Origin: a virus | Lineage: Duplodnaviria; Caudoviricetes | Strand: one strand, 5' to 3' | Length of the DNA stretch: 59,454 nt | Virus record (IMG/VR): IMGVR_UViG_3300045256_000151 | Location: 1-59,454 of that record | Shown here: in pieces, positions 19,102-27,606 of the stretch | How positions within the stretch are numbered: the stretch's first letter is position 1 | How the letters are laid out: every line of letters begins with the position of its first letter | Translations under genes and position numbers: made by a program | Notes under the pieces: model-generated | Database searches by the model: none | Told to the model about the DNA's origin: nothing | What the model saw: only the letters and a program-made list of their open reading frames with translations

Positions 19102-20622
19102 CTACTCGCCGTCCTGGCCGATCACCTCCACAGCGTCCGGGGGCTCGGCCGCACAGGCCAGGGCCCGCCGAGCGTCGTCGAGGGTGTCAAAGACCGCCCG
19201 CGAATCGTGGAACTTCGTGCCGGTGGTGTGCCATTCACCGCCCGAGTCCAGCCACCGGCACCACCGCGCATTGCCGCGAACGGGGGCGATCACGTCGTAT
19301 CGGCCGTCGGCGCGAAGCTCGAAGCAGCACCGCGATTGCCAGTCGGGGGCGGGCTGCGTCTTCGCCCGGCTGAGCATTTCGGCGGTGATCGGCGTGAACT
19401 TCTTGGCCTCCGTCTTGGCGTTGGGGTCGTCCGCCTGCGCCAGAGCGTGCAAGGCACGCTCGACCGTGGGGAACGTCCTTCCATGCCGATCGGCGGCCGA
19501 CCGCCACCACTGGCCGCGCGAGCCCAGCCGCCAGCAATAGCCCCGCCCCAACCCGTGCAGGTGGGCGCACACGTCCACGGTCCCATCCGGGCCGTGATGC
19601 AGCCAGCAGTCCAACCGCCAGTCTTTGGCGGGCTTGGGGCGACTCTGGGCCTGCGGCGCCGGGCTCGGCCCGGGCTCCACCTTGGGGCTGGCCGGCGGCG
19701 TGCCCTGCGTGCCGATGGCGATGGACCCCATATACAGCAGCTCCGCCGTGCGGCTGAGGGGGGCCTTCGGGGCGTCGTTCACCGCGCGCCGCACCACGAT
19801 GATGCCGACATGGTTTTCGACCACCAGCATCGCCTCGGGGCTGCCGCGCATGCGCAGAAGATCGCCGGCCTTCAGCGCGCGGCGACAGTCGCACGCCAGG
19901 ACGGTGGCCTCGAGGGGGTTCGGGGTGAACTCGGAGTTGGTGACGACAGCCGCCACCGGGGCCGTTTGCTCGTCCGCGGACGCCATGACGGCTTTGGCGA
20001 CGGCCGCAAGGTTGATGCCCTTGACGACCGCCGGGTTGGCCTCCGCCTTGGCCTTGGCCACCTGTGCGGCGAGGATGTGCTGCTCGGCGTCCTGGGCCCA
20101 CGGTTCTTTGGTTTGGATCAGGGGGTGCTTGACGCGATCGAGCGCGTCGATCAGGTCGTCGTGCTTCGCCCAGTCGTACAGAACCCCGACCGGGCCCACG
20201 ATGGGGGCTTTGCGCCAGCCCTCGGAGTCGACTTGAATCCACTGAACCTGAAGGTCGGTATCCCCGGCCGCCGCCGTCTGCGCCAGCACATACACCTTGT
20301 CGCCGATGGTCAGCGACGCGCCCCATGCGCCAGAACCGCCCTGGATGGTCACAGCCTTGCGCCAGTGGCTGCCCAGCACGCCCTCGGGGTCGGTGGTGTG
20401 CCGCGCGATGATGCTGGCGATGTCCTGAGCGATCAGCATGTTCACCGGCGGCGGGCCCTTGACCGGCGACCACGTTTGGCGGTTGTCGTCCATGCGATAC
20501 CAGCGCGACGGCTTCACGCCGCTGTCGCGCACGAAAAAGATGCCGCCGGCGGCGTCGAAGGACATCGGCGGCGAATCCCAAAAGTCAAGGCTGTGGTTGG
20601 TCCGGTGCGTCTGGTCAGGCAT
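19102..20622 (-). CDS. Multi-module hypothetical protein
   Basis: 506 aa, AAGGAG SD; tandem ~70-aa C-terminal repeats. Confidence 0.7.
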   Translation of the reverse strand: MPDQTHRTNHSLDFWDSPPMSFDAAGGIFFVRDSGVKPSRWYRMDDNRQTWSPVKGPPPVNMLIAQDIASIIARHTTDPEGVLGSHWRKAVTIQGGSGAWGASLTIGDKVYVLAQTAAAGDTDLQVQWIQVDSEGWRKAPIVGPVGVLYDWAKHDDLIDALDRVKHPLIQTKEPWAQDAEQHILAAQVAKAKAEANPAVVKGINLAAVAKAVMASADEQTAPVAAVVTNSEFTPNPLEATVLACDCRRALKAGDLLRMRGSPEAMLVVENHVGIIVVRRAVNDAPKAPLSRTAELLYMGSIAIGTQGTPPASPKVEPGPSPAPQAQSRPKPAKDWRLDCWLHHGPDGTVDVCAHLHGLGRGYCWRLGSRGQWWRSAADRHGRTFPTVERALHALAQADDPNAKTEAKKFTPITAEMLSRAKTQPAPDWQSRCCFELRADGRYDVIAPVRGNARWCRWLDSGGEWHTTGTKFHDSRAVFDTLDDARRALACAAEPPDAVEVIGQDGE

Positions 20623-20697
20623 GACGGCTGCTCCTTACCCGCGTTGATGCGGAAAGCCCGCCCCGCGCGTTGGCGCGGGTGGGGCGATGGTCGATCA

Positions 20698-20952
20698 CTA
20701 CCCCGCGCGCTCGGCGTCAAAGTTCGTGCGCGCGGCGGTCAACACCTCGTCGATTTCGGAACTGGTGAACCCCTCTTTGGCCAGCCAGTGAAGAATGTTG
20801 GTCACAGTGTCCAGGCCAGCAGTCCACCGATCATCGTCGGGATTCCTGGTGTCGGCCTGGCCGACCTTGCACGCGGATCGACCGAAGCGGGCGCGCTTCC
20901 CGTTCCAACGGCCCGGGCTCCAGAACGCGCCGTTCTTGTCATTCGTGGCCAT
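20698..20952 (-). CDS. Hypothetical phage protein
   Basis: 84 aa from ATG 20952, GGAAAGGTG SD. Confidence 0.6.
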   Translation of the reverse strand: MATNDKNGAFWSPGRWNGKRARFGRSACKVGQADTRNPDDDRWTAGLDTVTNILHWLAKEGFTSSEIDEVLTAARTNFDAERAG

Positions 20953-20983
20953 GATGCACCTTTCCCTTTGTGCGGTGTTGAAC

Positions 20984-21313
20984 TCACGCATCGTCGCCGA
21001 GGCCCGCCACGTCGCCGACCGAATAGATGTTGCGCCCGTTCTCGTCCTTCACCAGCACCGCGCCCGGGGCGACGTACACATGCACCACGGGATCACCAAA
21101 CGACGCGCCCACGATGACGGCGTATTGCTGGGCGTGGCTGCCGGGGTGGGCGGCCCTGCGCTCAATGAACACGTCGGGCGTGTCTAGGTCTTTCGCGTTG
21201 CCGAGAATGACCCGGATGCTTGAGGGTTCGGCCTGCTCGACGGTGACGGTTTGCCGGCCGCCGGTCTTCAAGACCTTGCCCTTGCTCCACTTCTTGAGGT
21301 AGAACTTCGCCAT
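20984..21313 (-). CDS. Hypothetical protein
   Basis: 109 aa; TAATG coupling, GGAGG SD. Confidence 0.65.
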   Translation of the reverse strand: MAKFYLKKWSKGKVLKTGGRQTVTVEQAEPSSIRVILGNAKDLDTPDVFIERRAAHPGSHAQQYAVIVGASFGDPVVHVYVAPGAVLVKDENGRNIYSVGDVAGLGDDA

Positions 21314-21780
21314 TACTCGGCCTCCTTTGCGTTGCCGTTGTTCCACTCATCGAACGTCGTGGTGGGTGCCGCGAGACTGCCGACCACCTGGGGCGGCGGC
21401 CCGTACTTGCCCCGGCGGCCGTCCAGCGCGGCCAACGCCTGCTCGGCCTGCTCGCGCGTCGGGAACCGGATCGCCGGGCCAAGATCGGATTCCTCAAGCC
21501 GGTGGGGCTCGACGTAGAAGCTGTTTGCGGCCCTGCCCATTTGGAAACAATGCACGCACATCGGCGCGCCGTTGAGGTGCTTCGGGTGCGACTCATCCCA
21601 CACCCACACCCAGCACGGATCGCCGCGGCTCAGGGCCACGCGCCCGGGATTGTCGAGCGGAGCGGTTCGCAACGCCCGCGCCGCGGCGTCGCCGTGGTTC
21701 TCGCCCTCGACCGTGCGGGCGGATTGCCAATCCAGCGTCGTGAGCTGGCGATCGGCGATGACGGTTTTGTAGGTCTTCAC
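21313..21780 (-). CDS. Hypothetical protein
   Basis: 155 aa; GTGA coupling. Confidence 0.65.
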   Translation of the reverse strand: MKTYKTVIADRQLTTLDWQSARTVEGENHGDAAARALRTAPLDNPGRVALSRGDPCWVWVWDESHPKHLNGAPMCVHCFQMGRAANSFYVEPHRLEESDLGPAIRFPTREQAEQALAALDGRRGKYGPPPQVVGSLAAPTTTFDEWNNGNAKEAE

Positions 21781-22012
21781 GCCGCACCCCCTTCCGCGCG
21801 GTCTACCGGCAGCCGCTTGAACACCTCACGCTTGAGATCATCGGGGGAAACCGAAAAGCCCTCAGCGTCGAGTTGCCGAACGCGCCGACGAATCCACGCC
21901 TTGGCGTCCGCTTCCGTGTCGAACAGCTCGGTTTCAACCGTGCCGGTTGGCCGATAGAACGTGAGCCTTGCTTCGATGGGCTGGTTTGTGTCTTTCACGC
22001 CGCACCCCCTTC
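21776..22012. repeat. 19-bp direct repeat TTCACGCCGCACCCCCTTC at 21776-21794 and 21994-22012
   Basis: Exact copies at two consecutive stop/start junctions. Confidence 0.85.
21777..21998 (-). CDS. Hypothetical protein
   Basis: 73 aa from GTG 21998, flanked by the 19-bp repeats. Confidence 0.6.
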   Translation of the reverse strand: MKDTNQPIEARLTFYRPTGTVETELFDTEADAKAWIRRRVRQLDAEGFSVSPDDLKREVFKRLPVDRAEGGAA

Positions 22013-22543
22013 GGCACGCACGTTGACGGTGGGCTTGCGGTACGTTGGATGGTTGATCGTCACGCCGACCACCAGATCGAGAGCCTTGCGGTAAGTGTCC
22101 AGGCCGGCGCACAGCAGGCCGTCCGGGTCGAAGGTGTCAATCGTCGTGCTGGCTTTGAGCAGCATGGCGCGGGCCGCAAGCCGTTCCAGTTCTTCGGCGC
22201 GGAGGGCGGGGCAGATGCCTTCCTTCGCCTCGGCTTCGGTGATCCACTTTCGCGCGGCCCATTCTTGACGGCACTCAGTTATGTAGTCGGCCCATTGATC
22301 GTCGGCCATGCGCCAGTCATGCGCCGGGTTGGTGATCGGCTGGCCGGCGCGGTCGGTTCCGCCGCGGGCGTATGTGGCCTTGACCAGCCGAAGAAGATCG
22401 ACCTTCACAGCGTCCACGCGCTCGCGCCACAGGGCCGCGTTCGCTTTGGCGAACAGGTAGGCGTTCACCACGCAGTCGCGGGCCATGCGCTCAACGTGCT
22501 TGGTGGTGTATTTGACTCGCCCCGGCGTCTGCGTGTTTCCCAT
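21995..22543 (-). CDS. Hypothetical protein
   Basis: 182 aa, GGAG SD, directly downstream of a sigma70-like promoter. Confidence 0.7.
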   Translation of the reverse strand: MGNTQTPGRVKYTTKHVERMARDCVVNAYLFAKANAALWRERVDAVKVDLLRLVKATYARGGTDRAGQPITNPAHDWRMADDQWADYITECRQEWAARKWITEAEAKEGICPALRAEELERLAARAMLLKASTTIDTFDPDGLLCAGLDTYRKALDLVVGVTINHPTYRKPTVNVRAEGGAA

Positions 22544-22577
22544 GCGCCAACTCCACCCGCGGTAGTGCGGCTGGTAG

Positions 22578-22605
22578 AGTGTAACCCAGTGTAACCAGTT
22601 GTCAA
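22578..22605 (-). promoter_or_regulatory. Sigma70-like promoter TTGACA-N16-TACACT with tandem GGTTACACT repeats
   Basis: Read directly; lies just after the lexA-like stop. Confidence 0.65.
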
Positions 22606-22610
22606 GGTGG

Positions 22611-23009
22611 TCAGGCAGGAAAGTTGCAGCCGTCGGCGCTGAGGGTGCCGATCCGCCAACGGCACAGCCGTTCGGCCAGGCGGGCGCGCCCGGCAGCCGT
22701 CACAGCCAGCCCACGCCGCACCCGCCGCTCATGGCTCAGAAACCCGTCGGCCACCAGCCGCGCAACATGCTCCTGAGCCACCGCCCGGCTGCGGCACAGC
22801 TCGTCGGCAATCTCTTGAAGGGTCGGCGCATACCCCCGAACGTCACACGAACGGGCCACGATGGCCAGCACGCGACGCCGGGGCTCGGTCAGGGCGATGG
22901 GGTTCGTGGGCTGCTGGGCGGCATTGCCCGGCCCCTGGAGCGTCGTCGCCCGCCCCGTGGCAAAGACGGCCGGGCCGCTTCGGGCGTCGCCGCGGGCCGC
23001 GTCGGTCAC
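22611..23009 (-). CDS. LexA-type DNA-binding domain protein (no protease domain)
   Basis: LTEPRRRVLAIV...GYAPTLQEIADEL...VAQEHVARLVADGFL...RGL; GTG start overlaps upstream stop. Confidence 0.8.
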   Translation of the reverse strand: MTDAARGDARSGPAVFATGRATTLQGPGNAAQQPTNPIALTEPRRRVLAIVARSCDVRGYAPTLQEIADELCRSRAVAQEHVARLVADGFLSHERRVRRGLAVTAAGRARLAERLCRWRIGTLSADGCNFPA

Positions 23010-23269
23010 TCGGGCCGGAACACCTGGGCCGACTGGGGGATGAGGGTGCGACGGCCAAACTTCTCCCCGGGCAGCGTGCCGGCCTTCAACCACTTGTGGA
23101 TCGTCTTGCGGGTCACGCGCAGCTTGTGCGCGGCCTCGGCGATGGTGAAGAAACGCCGGTGCGCATCCGCCGGTCGCTTGTGCAGCACGCCCCCGTACAT
23201 CTCCGTCGCCGGCAACTCCGCCGCCGTCTGGTAACGCCGCTTCGCCATGCTCATGCTCCATCGGTCCAC
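23006..23269 (-). CDS. Excisionase-like HTH DNA-binding protein (start probably 23248-23260)
   Basis: FTIAEAAHKLRVTRKTIHKWLKAGTLPGEKFGRRTLIP. Confidence 0.85.
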   Translation of the reverse strand: MDRWSMSMAKRRYQTAAELPATEMYGGVLHKRPADAHRRFFTIAEAAHKLRVTRKTIHKWLKAGTLPGEKFGRRTLIPQSAQVFRPE

Positions 23270-23278
23270 CCTGCTGAA

Positions 23279-23307
23279 AGGTTACGCCCGGTTCGTCTTG
23301 GTGTCTA
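23279..23307 (-). promoter_or_regulatory. Early-type promoter TAGACACC-N5-GAAC-N5-GTAACCT
   Basis: One of four conserved copies. Confidence 0.7.
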
Positions 23308-23373
23308 CCCTGATTTCCCCATCCCCGGGCAGGGACCAACCCCGACGGGCGGTCGGGGTTCGCCCTCCCTCTT

Positions 23374-23853
23374 TCACTCAGAGGATTTATCACTGACGAC
23401 GGTAGTAGTAGTGCTGTCGGTTGGGGGATAAACCACGCGCGGGCCGCGGATAAGCGGCGGCCCGACCACGACTTGCACACGATCCACAGCGGTGGATTGC
23501 GCCGTGGGCGGCCTGTCGGTTGGCCTGTCGATTGACAGCCGATCGCGCAACCGACAGGGCTTCACGCCTTGTTTGGGGGGATGGTCGGCGGCGCAACCGA
23601 CAGGGATACCGACAGGTTGGCCACGGTTCTTCACCGGCTTGTCCACCGCGCAACCGACAGCCCTGGCGGCGATTTCGCCCCGATGCACCGGCAGCGCACG
23701 GGCGGCCAGCACCTCGAGCTGAACTTGATGCCGATTGGTGGGCTTGAGGCGCACCGTGATGACCGCCACGGGGTTGGCCGGGTCGCCGATCACCAGCGTC
23801 TCCAGGTGCTTGCGCGTCACCAAAAGCCTGCCCATGCCATCCTTGCTGCCCAT
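23374..23853 (-). CDS. csrA: CsrA/RsmA-like protein with C-terminal extension
   Basis: LLVTRKHLETLVIGD...ITV...QVQLEVLAARALPVHRGEI matches the CsrA pattern; AAGGAGG SD. Confidence 0.7.
   Translation of the reverse strand: MGSKDGMGRLLVTRKHLETLVIGDPANPVAVITVRLKPTNRHQVQLEVLAARALPVHRGEIAARAVGCAVDKPVKNRGQPVGIPVGCAADHPPKQGVKPCRLRDRLSIDRPTDRPPTAQSTAVDRVQVVVGPPLIRGPRVVYPPTDSTTTTVVSDKSSE
23414..23660. repeat. Cluster of CAACCGACAG iteron-like repeats in both orientations
   Basis: Forward 23548, 23594, 23651 (variant 23607); reverse 23414, 23513 (variant 23525). Confidence 0.8.
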
Positions 23854-23876
23854 ACAGCCTCCTTGGTTGAATCCCA

Positions 23877-24008
23877 GGGCATGCCGTGCCCAGCCTGCCC
23901 GGGAGTGGCCCCACGCTCCCCGCGTCGATCGGCGAAGCCAGTGGGGCCCCTCCGCCGTACTTGTGCGGGCTGGCGCGGCACGCCCAACCCGGCCCGCGAT
24001 GCGGGTTG
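23877..24008 (-). ncRNA. Candidate structured leader RNA upstream of csrA-like gene
   Basis: Nested stems 23877-23898/23965-23985 and 23902-23914/23941-23953, plus hairpin 23985-24008. Confidence 0.4.
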
Positions 24009-24012
24009 ATCC

Positions 24013-24393
24013 TCAGCGCCGCAGGGCGGCGCGCCCGGCCTCCGTGATTTCAAACACGATCGCCGCCTGCCCGGATTCGGTGTTGGTCCGGCGGCGGTCG
24101 GTGCGCCGCACGAACCCGGCTTCCTCCAGTTCCAGCCGCCGGGCGGTCTGCCCGTAGCTGATGGGTCGGCCGCTCGCGCGCAGGATGTCGCGCATTTCCT
24201 GATCGGTCAGCCCGTTGGGGTAATCCCACAACACGCGCAGCAGGGCCTCGCGCTGCGTTCCGACCCTGGGCGCGACGGCCACACTTGCGGCCCTGGAAGT
24301 ATCGGTTGCGTTGGCCCGCACCTTGAGGGATTTGGGCATCGACCGCCCACACGTCGGGCAGCGGCCGGGGCTGTGAAACAGTGACTCGCTCAT
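24013..24393 (-). CDS. Winged-helix DNA-binding protein with N-terminal CxxC
   Basis: DTSRAA...GLTDQEM...ARRLELEEAGFV...R...SG..AIVF. Confidence 0.75.
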   Translation of the reverse strand: MSESLFHSPGRCPTCGRSMPKSLKVRANATDTSRAASVAVAPRVGTQREALLRVLWDYPNGLTDQEMRDILRASGRPISYGQTARRLELEEAGFVRRTDRRRTNTESGQAAIVFEITEAGRAALRR

Positions 24394-24481
24394 GCGCCAT
24401 GCTCCCTGAGTCCTTTTGGGTGTTTGTCTGCAACTGGCGACATTGCCGCTGGACGGTCGACGGCGAACCCTGCGGGTGGTG

Positions 24482-24736
24482 TTACTTCTTCGCTTTGGTT
24501 GTGGCGTCGGTGGGTGGCTGGTCTGGTGCCGCGCCATTCGGCTCGAAAGCCTCCGCCGCGCGGGCGGCGTCAGGAAAAGACTTATGCCTGATGCCTTGTC
24601 TGCCGACAAGATCGCCGCGCAGTTTGAAACCAATGCGATCAAACTCGATGATGTAGCGAAGCGGGCTGCCCTCGTCTTGCCACGCGCTTGTGGCCTGCCA
24701 GTGCTTTTTGTCGGCGTTCCATGTCCACTTGAGCAT
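24482..24736 (-). CDS. Hypothetical protein
   Basis: 84 aa from ATG 24736, AAGGAAGG SD. Confidence 0.55.
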   Translation of the reverse strand: MLKWTWNADKKHWQATSAWQDEGSPLRYIIEFDRIGFKLRGDLVGRQGIRHKSFPDAARAAEAFEPNGAAPDQPPTDATTKAKK

Positions 24737-24880
24737 CACTGCCTTCCTTTCACGTTTGCACTCGTTGCAAGCCCCCGGCCGGGATGCCTCCCGACCGGGA
24801 GCCGGTGGCCCTGTCCTCCGCGCCCGGCGGGGCATCCGCCGGGTTCGTGTGTGTGCGCGAAGGGCATCCCACCCGGGTTT

Positions 24881-26137
24881 TTAGTGGCGACGATCCGCCA
24901 CGATTTCGCCGTCCTCGATGACCACCGCGCCGGGCTCGTCGCCGACGCGCTCGATGAACAGTTGCGCGTCATGCTCGCGCGCGATGCGCTCCAGGTCCGC
25001 CATCGACCGCTGATCCAGAAGCGAGCCGTCACGAATCAACAGCACCCGAAGCCGGGGGTTCTGCGCCAGCCCGATGGCGGCGGACGCCCGCAGTTGCTCC
25101 GCCGAACTGGCCTGATCGAACGGCACGCCGTTGAGCATCACGCCGGCGTCGCCCAGCGACAGCCCCGGGTGGGGAAACTGGGCGGCCCGCAGTTTGGCGG
25201 TCTTGCGCTCCTTGATCGCTTCCATGTCCCTGGTCAGCCGCTCCACATCCTCGCGCACGCCGGCGATTTCACGCTCCGCGCGCCGCCGCTCGTCCCGACG
25301 GCGGATGGCGTCGTTGATCGCCTCGGCCTGGCTGATCTGGGCCCGCAGCGGCGCGGTGTCGTGCGGCGGGTGGATCAGCGGCTCGGTCGCGTCGATTTCG
25401 GCGTTGGCCTGATCGATTTTGGCGCGAAGCTGGGCGATGCGCTGCTCGGCATCGGCCACCGACTGGCGAAGCGCCGTGACCCGCGCCCCGCGGTCCTCGT
25501 TGGCCTTGTTGGCCGCCGTCAGGGCCTCGACCTGGGCCAGCAGGTCCGCCACGCGGATCGGCTGGTCGGGGATCGTGCCGCCGGGCAAGTTCGCCAGCGT
25601 GGGCGGTGCCGGAATCGCCGCCTCCATGCGGCGAAGATCGCGATTCATGGCAGTGCGCCGATCGTACAGGCGCTGATGCTCCTGATCGTCGGCGGTGAAG
25701 TCCAGGCCCACCACCCGGGCCAGCTCGTCGGCCTGCTCGGCGGGCTTCATGCGGGTGAACGCCAGCGGGTCCACGGTTTCGCGGTAGATCGCGTCCAGCA
25801 CCGCCTGGGGCGACTTCTGAACCACCCCGTTCGCGTCCTCGACCGTCAGCGTCACCGACCCGCCCGCGGTCTGCTGCCGCTCGATCACCAGTTCGCCGAC
25901 GTTGAGGCGCACGCGCGCCTTGCTCGCCCCGGAACGCACGCCCACCGCCACGGCCCGCGGGCCGCCCAGGGCCCACAGAATCGAATCCAGAAGGCTGCTC
26001 TTGCCCTGGGCGTTGTTGCCGGCGACCACCGTAACGCCGTCGCCGGGGCTCAGGCTGATCGCCCGCAACCGGCGCACGTTCTCGGCGCACAGCTCAACGA
26101 TCTTCAGCGAGCCGGGCTTGATTTCAGATCCTTGCAT
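24881..26137 (-). CDS. SMC/SbcC-like ABC ATPase
   Basis: Walker A GNNAQGKS, coiled coil, signature-like ASSAEQ, Walker B-like VLLIRDGSLLD. Confidence 0.9.
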   Translation of the reverse strand: MQGSEIKPGSLKIVELCAENVRRLRAISLSPGDGVTVVAGNNAQGKSSLLDSILWALGGPRAVAVGVRSGASKARVRLNVGELVIERQQTAGGSVTLTVEDANGVVQKSPQAVLDAIYRETVDPLAFTRMKPAEQADELARVVGLDFTADDQEHQRLYDRRTAMNRDLRRMEAAIPAPPTLANLPGGTIPDQPIRVADLLAQVEALTAANKANEDRGARVTALRQSVADAEQRIAQLRAKIDQANAEIDATEPLIHPPHDTAPLRAQISQAEAINDAIRRRDERRRAEREIAGVREDVERLTRDMEAIKERKTAKLRAAQFPHPGLSLGDAGVMLNGVPFDQASSAEQLRASAAIGLAQNPRLRVLLIRDGSLLDQRSMADLERIAREHDAQLFIERVGDEPGAVVIEDGEIVADRRH

Positions 26138-26188
26138 CACTTGCTCCCTATGTATCGACGGTCGGCCCAACGCCGCCGCCGTACCCAC

Positions 26189-26217
26189 AGGTTACACTCG
26201 GTTCTGGTCGGTGTCAA
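26189..26217 (-). promoter_or_regulatory. Early-type promoter TTGACACC-N5-GAAC-N5-GTAACCT
   Basis: TTGACA-N17-TAACCT; overlaps the end of the upstream gene. Confidence 0.75.
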
Positions 26218-27088
26218 GGGGTAGGGCGCGAATGGCGTCGGTCAGGTCTTCTACGCGAACCTCCCAGCGTTTGCGGGCCCCGCGGCCGCCTTTCTTGGAC
26301 CATGACCAGATTTGCAACCGCCGATTCGCTCGGCACCACCGGCGCATCCTGGGCTCGGCGAGGCACTTCGCGCGACGCTCAGCGTGCGACGCACCGGCGC
26401 ACGCCTGCACGCCCAAGGTGTGATCGTCGGCAATCGCCACGCCGCCGTCCGTCACGTTGTCCCAGATGGGCACCGTGACCGTCAGGGTTTCGGGCAGCGC
26501 GCTCGCGCCGGTCAGCTCGGCCTTGAAGCGCTTGCCGATGCTGGCCTTGCCGACCTGGATGGTGCTTTCGGCGTCCTCCGACTGCGCGAACCTGATCGCC
26601 CCGAGCGTGGCCAGGATGTTGGCGGGCTCGTAGACCGCATCGAGGCGCCGACGCAGCAGGTCGATCGCCTGCGTCTGGGTCATCGGCCCGCCGTCGCGCA
26701 TCGACGCGAGCAGGTTCCACGACGACAACAGGTACATCGGCATCGTGACCCGATCGTGCCGCTCATCCTCGTTCAGCACGGCCCTCATGCCGGTGCTGTC
26801 GATGAAGACGAACAGCGTGACGGGCTTGGCGGCGAAGTGCGACACGATCTGCGCAAACGATTCGATGGTCAGCGCGTTGTAGTCGCGGCGGTCGGGCTCG
26901 GGCGTCACCAGCGACGCGGCCACCTGATCCCGGCTCAGAATGGTCCCCGACGCGGGGTTGAACAGCACATACGCGCCCCGGTCGCCGGGCGTTTCGATGG
27001 CGTCGGGCGACTGGGCGCGAATGGTGCCGCCGGCGTTCAGCAGCAACTGGGCGAAGGTCGTCATGTCGGCGTTGATCGGGCTACTCAT
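26192..27088 (-). CDS. DUF2303/YfdQ-like protein fused to the C-terminal half of a PD-(D/E)XK-like phage nuclease
   Basis: N-part ...MTQTQAIDLLR...LPETLTVTVPIW; C-part VAIADDHTLGVQAC...RLQIWSWSK...WEVRVEDL. Confidence 0.55.
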   Translation of the reverse strand: MSSPINADMTTFAQLLLNAGGTIRAQSPDAIETPGDRGAYVLFNPASGTILSRDQVAASLVTPEPDRRDYNALTIESFAQIVSHFAAKPVTLFVFIDSTGMRAVLNEDERHDRVTMPMYLLSSWNLLASMRDGGPMTQTQAIDLLRRRLDAVYEPANILATLGAIRFAQSEDAESTIQVGKASIGKRFKAELTGASALPETLTVTVPIWDNVTDGGVAIADDHTLGVQACAGASHAERRAKCLAEPRMRRWCRANRRLQIWSWSKKGGRGARKRWEVRVEDLTDAIRALPLDTDQNRV

Positions 27089-27164
27089 GGGGCGATGCTC
27101 CTGCGAATCTGGTGCGGAAACGGGTCGGTTTGGTTGCGCTGGTGATTGCTTGGATTGCTGGGCG

Positions 27165-27527
27165 TTATGACGGATTGGGCGTGTTGCCCATGTCGAGCGT
27201 GCCCTGGTCCACGTTGTCGCGGCTCATGTCGTTGAACACGCCCTGAACGCCAACCTTGGTGCGCCGGATCTGCACCTCGGTCGGGTTGGTGCGCATCGCG
27301 GGGATCTTGACCTGGATGGAGGCGTCGATCGACACGCGCTCGCCCTGGCGGCCGGACTTGCCGATGGGCGTGATGGCGAAGGTCAGGATCACCTTGCGCT
27401 CCGAATCGTCCAGGGGCCGGTCTTCGCAGTCGGCCAGCGCGCTCCTCACGCCGTCGTCGAAGATCTTTTGGAGCGTGCCGTCGTCCAGCAGGTGAATGGT
27501 GGCGAGTTCGATTTGCCGAATAGCCAT
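27165..27527 (-). CDS. Conserved phage protein, usual partner of DUF2303 (often labelled replication terminator-like)
   Basis: LDDGTL...ALADCEDRP...RKVILTFAITP pattern; GGAG SD. Confidence 0.65.
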   Translation of the reverse strand: MAIRQIELATIHLLDDGTLQKIFDDGVRSALADCEDRPLDDSERKVILTFAITPIGKSGRQGERVSIDASIQVKIPAMRTNPTEVQIRRTKVGVQGVFNDMSRDNVDQGTLDMGNTPNPS

Positions 27528-27606
27528 GCGAATCTCCGTACAAGGGGTGAATGGGAAGGAATGACACACGATGATACAGCGCGGTCGATTCAAAATCGAG
27601 CGACGC

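Noticed and set aside
22611-23480. 289-aa ORF as one LexA repressor
   Set aside because: The upstream part overlaps the excisionase-like gene and a promoter; only 22611-23009 is LexA-like and there is no peptidase domain.
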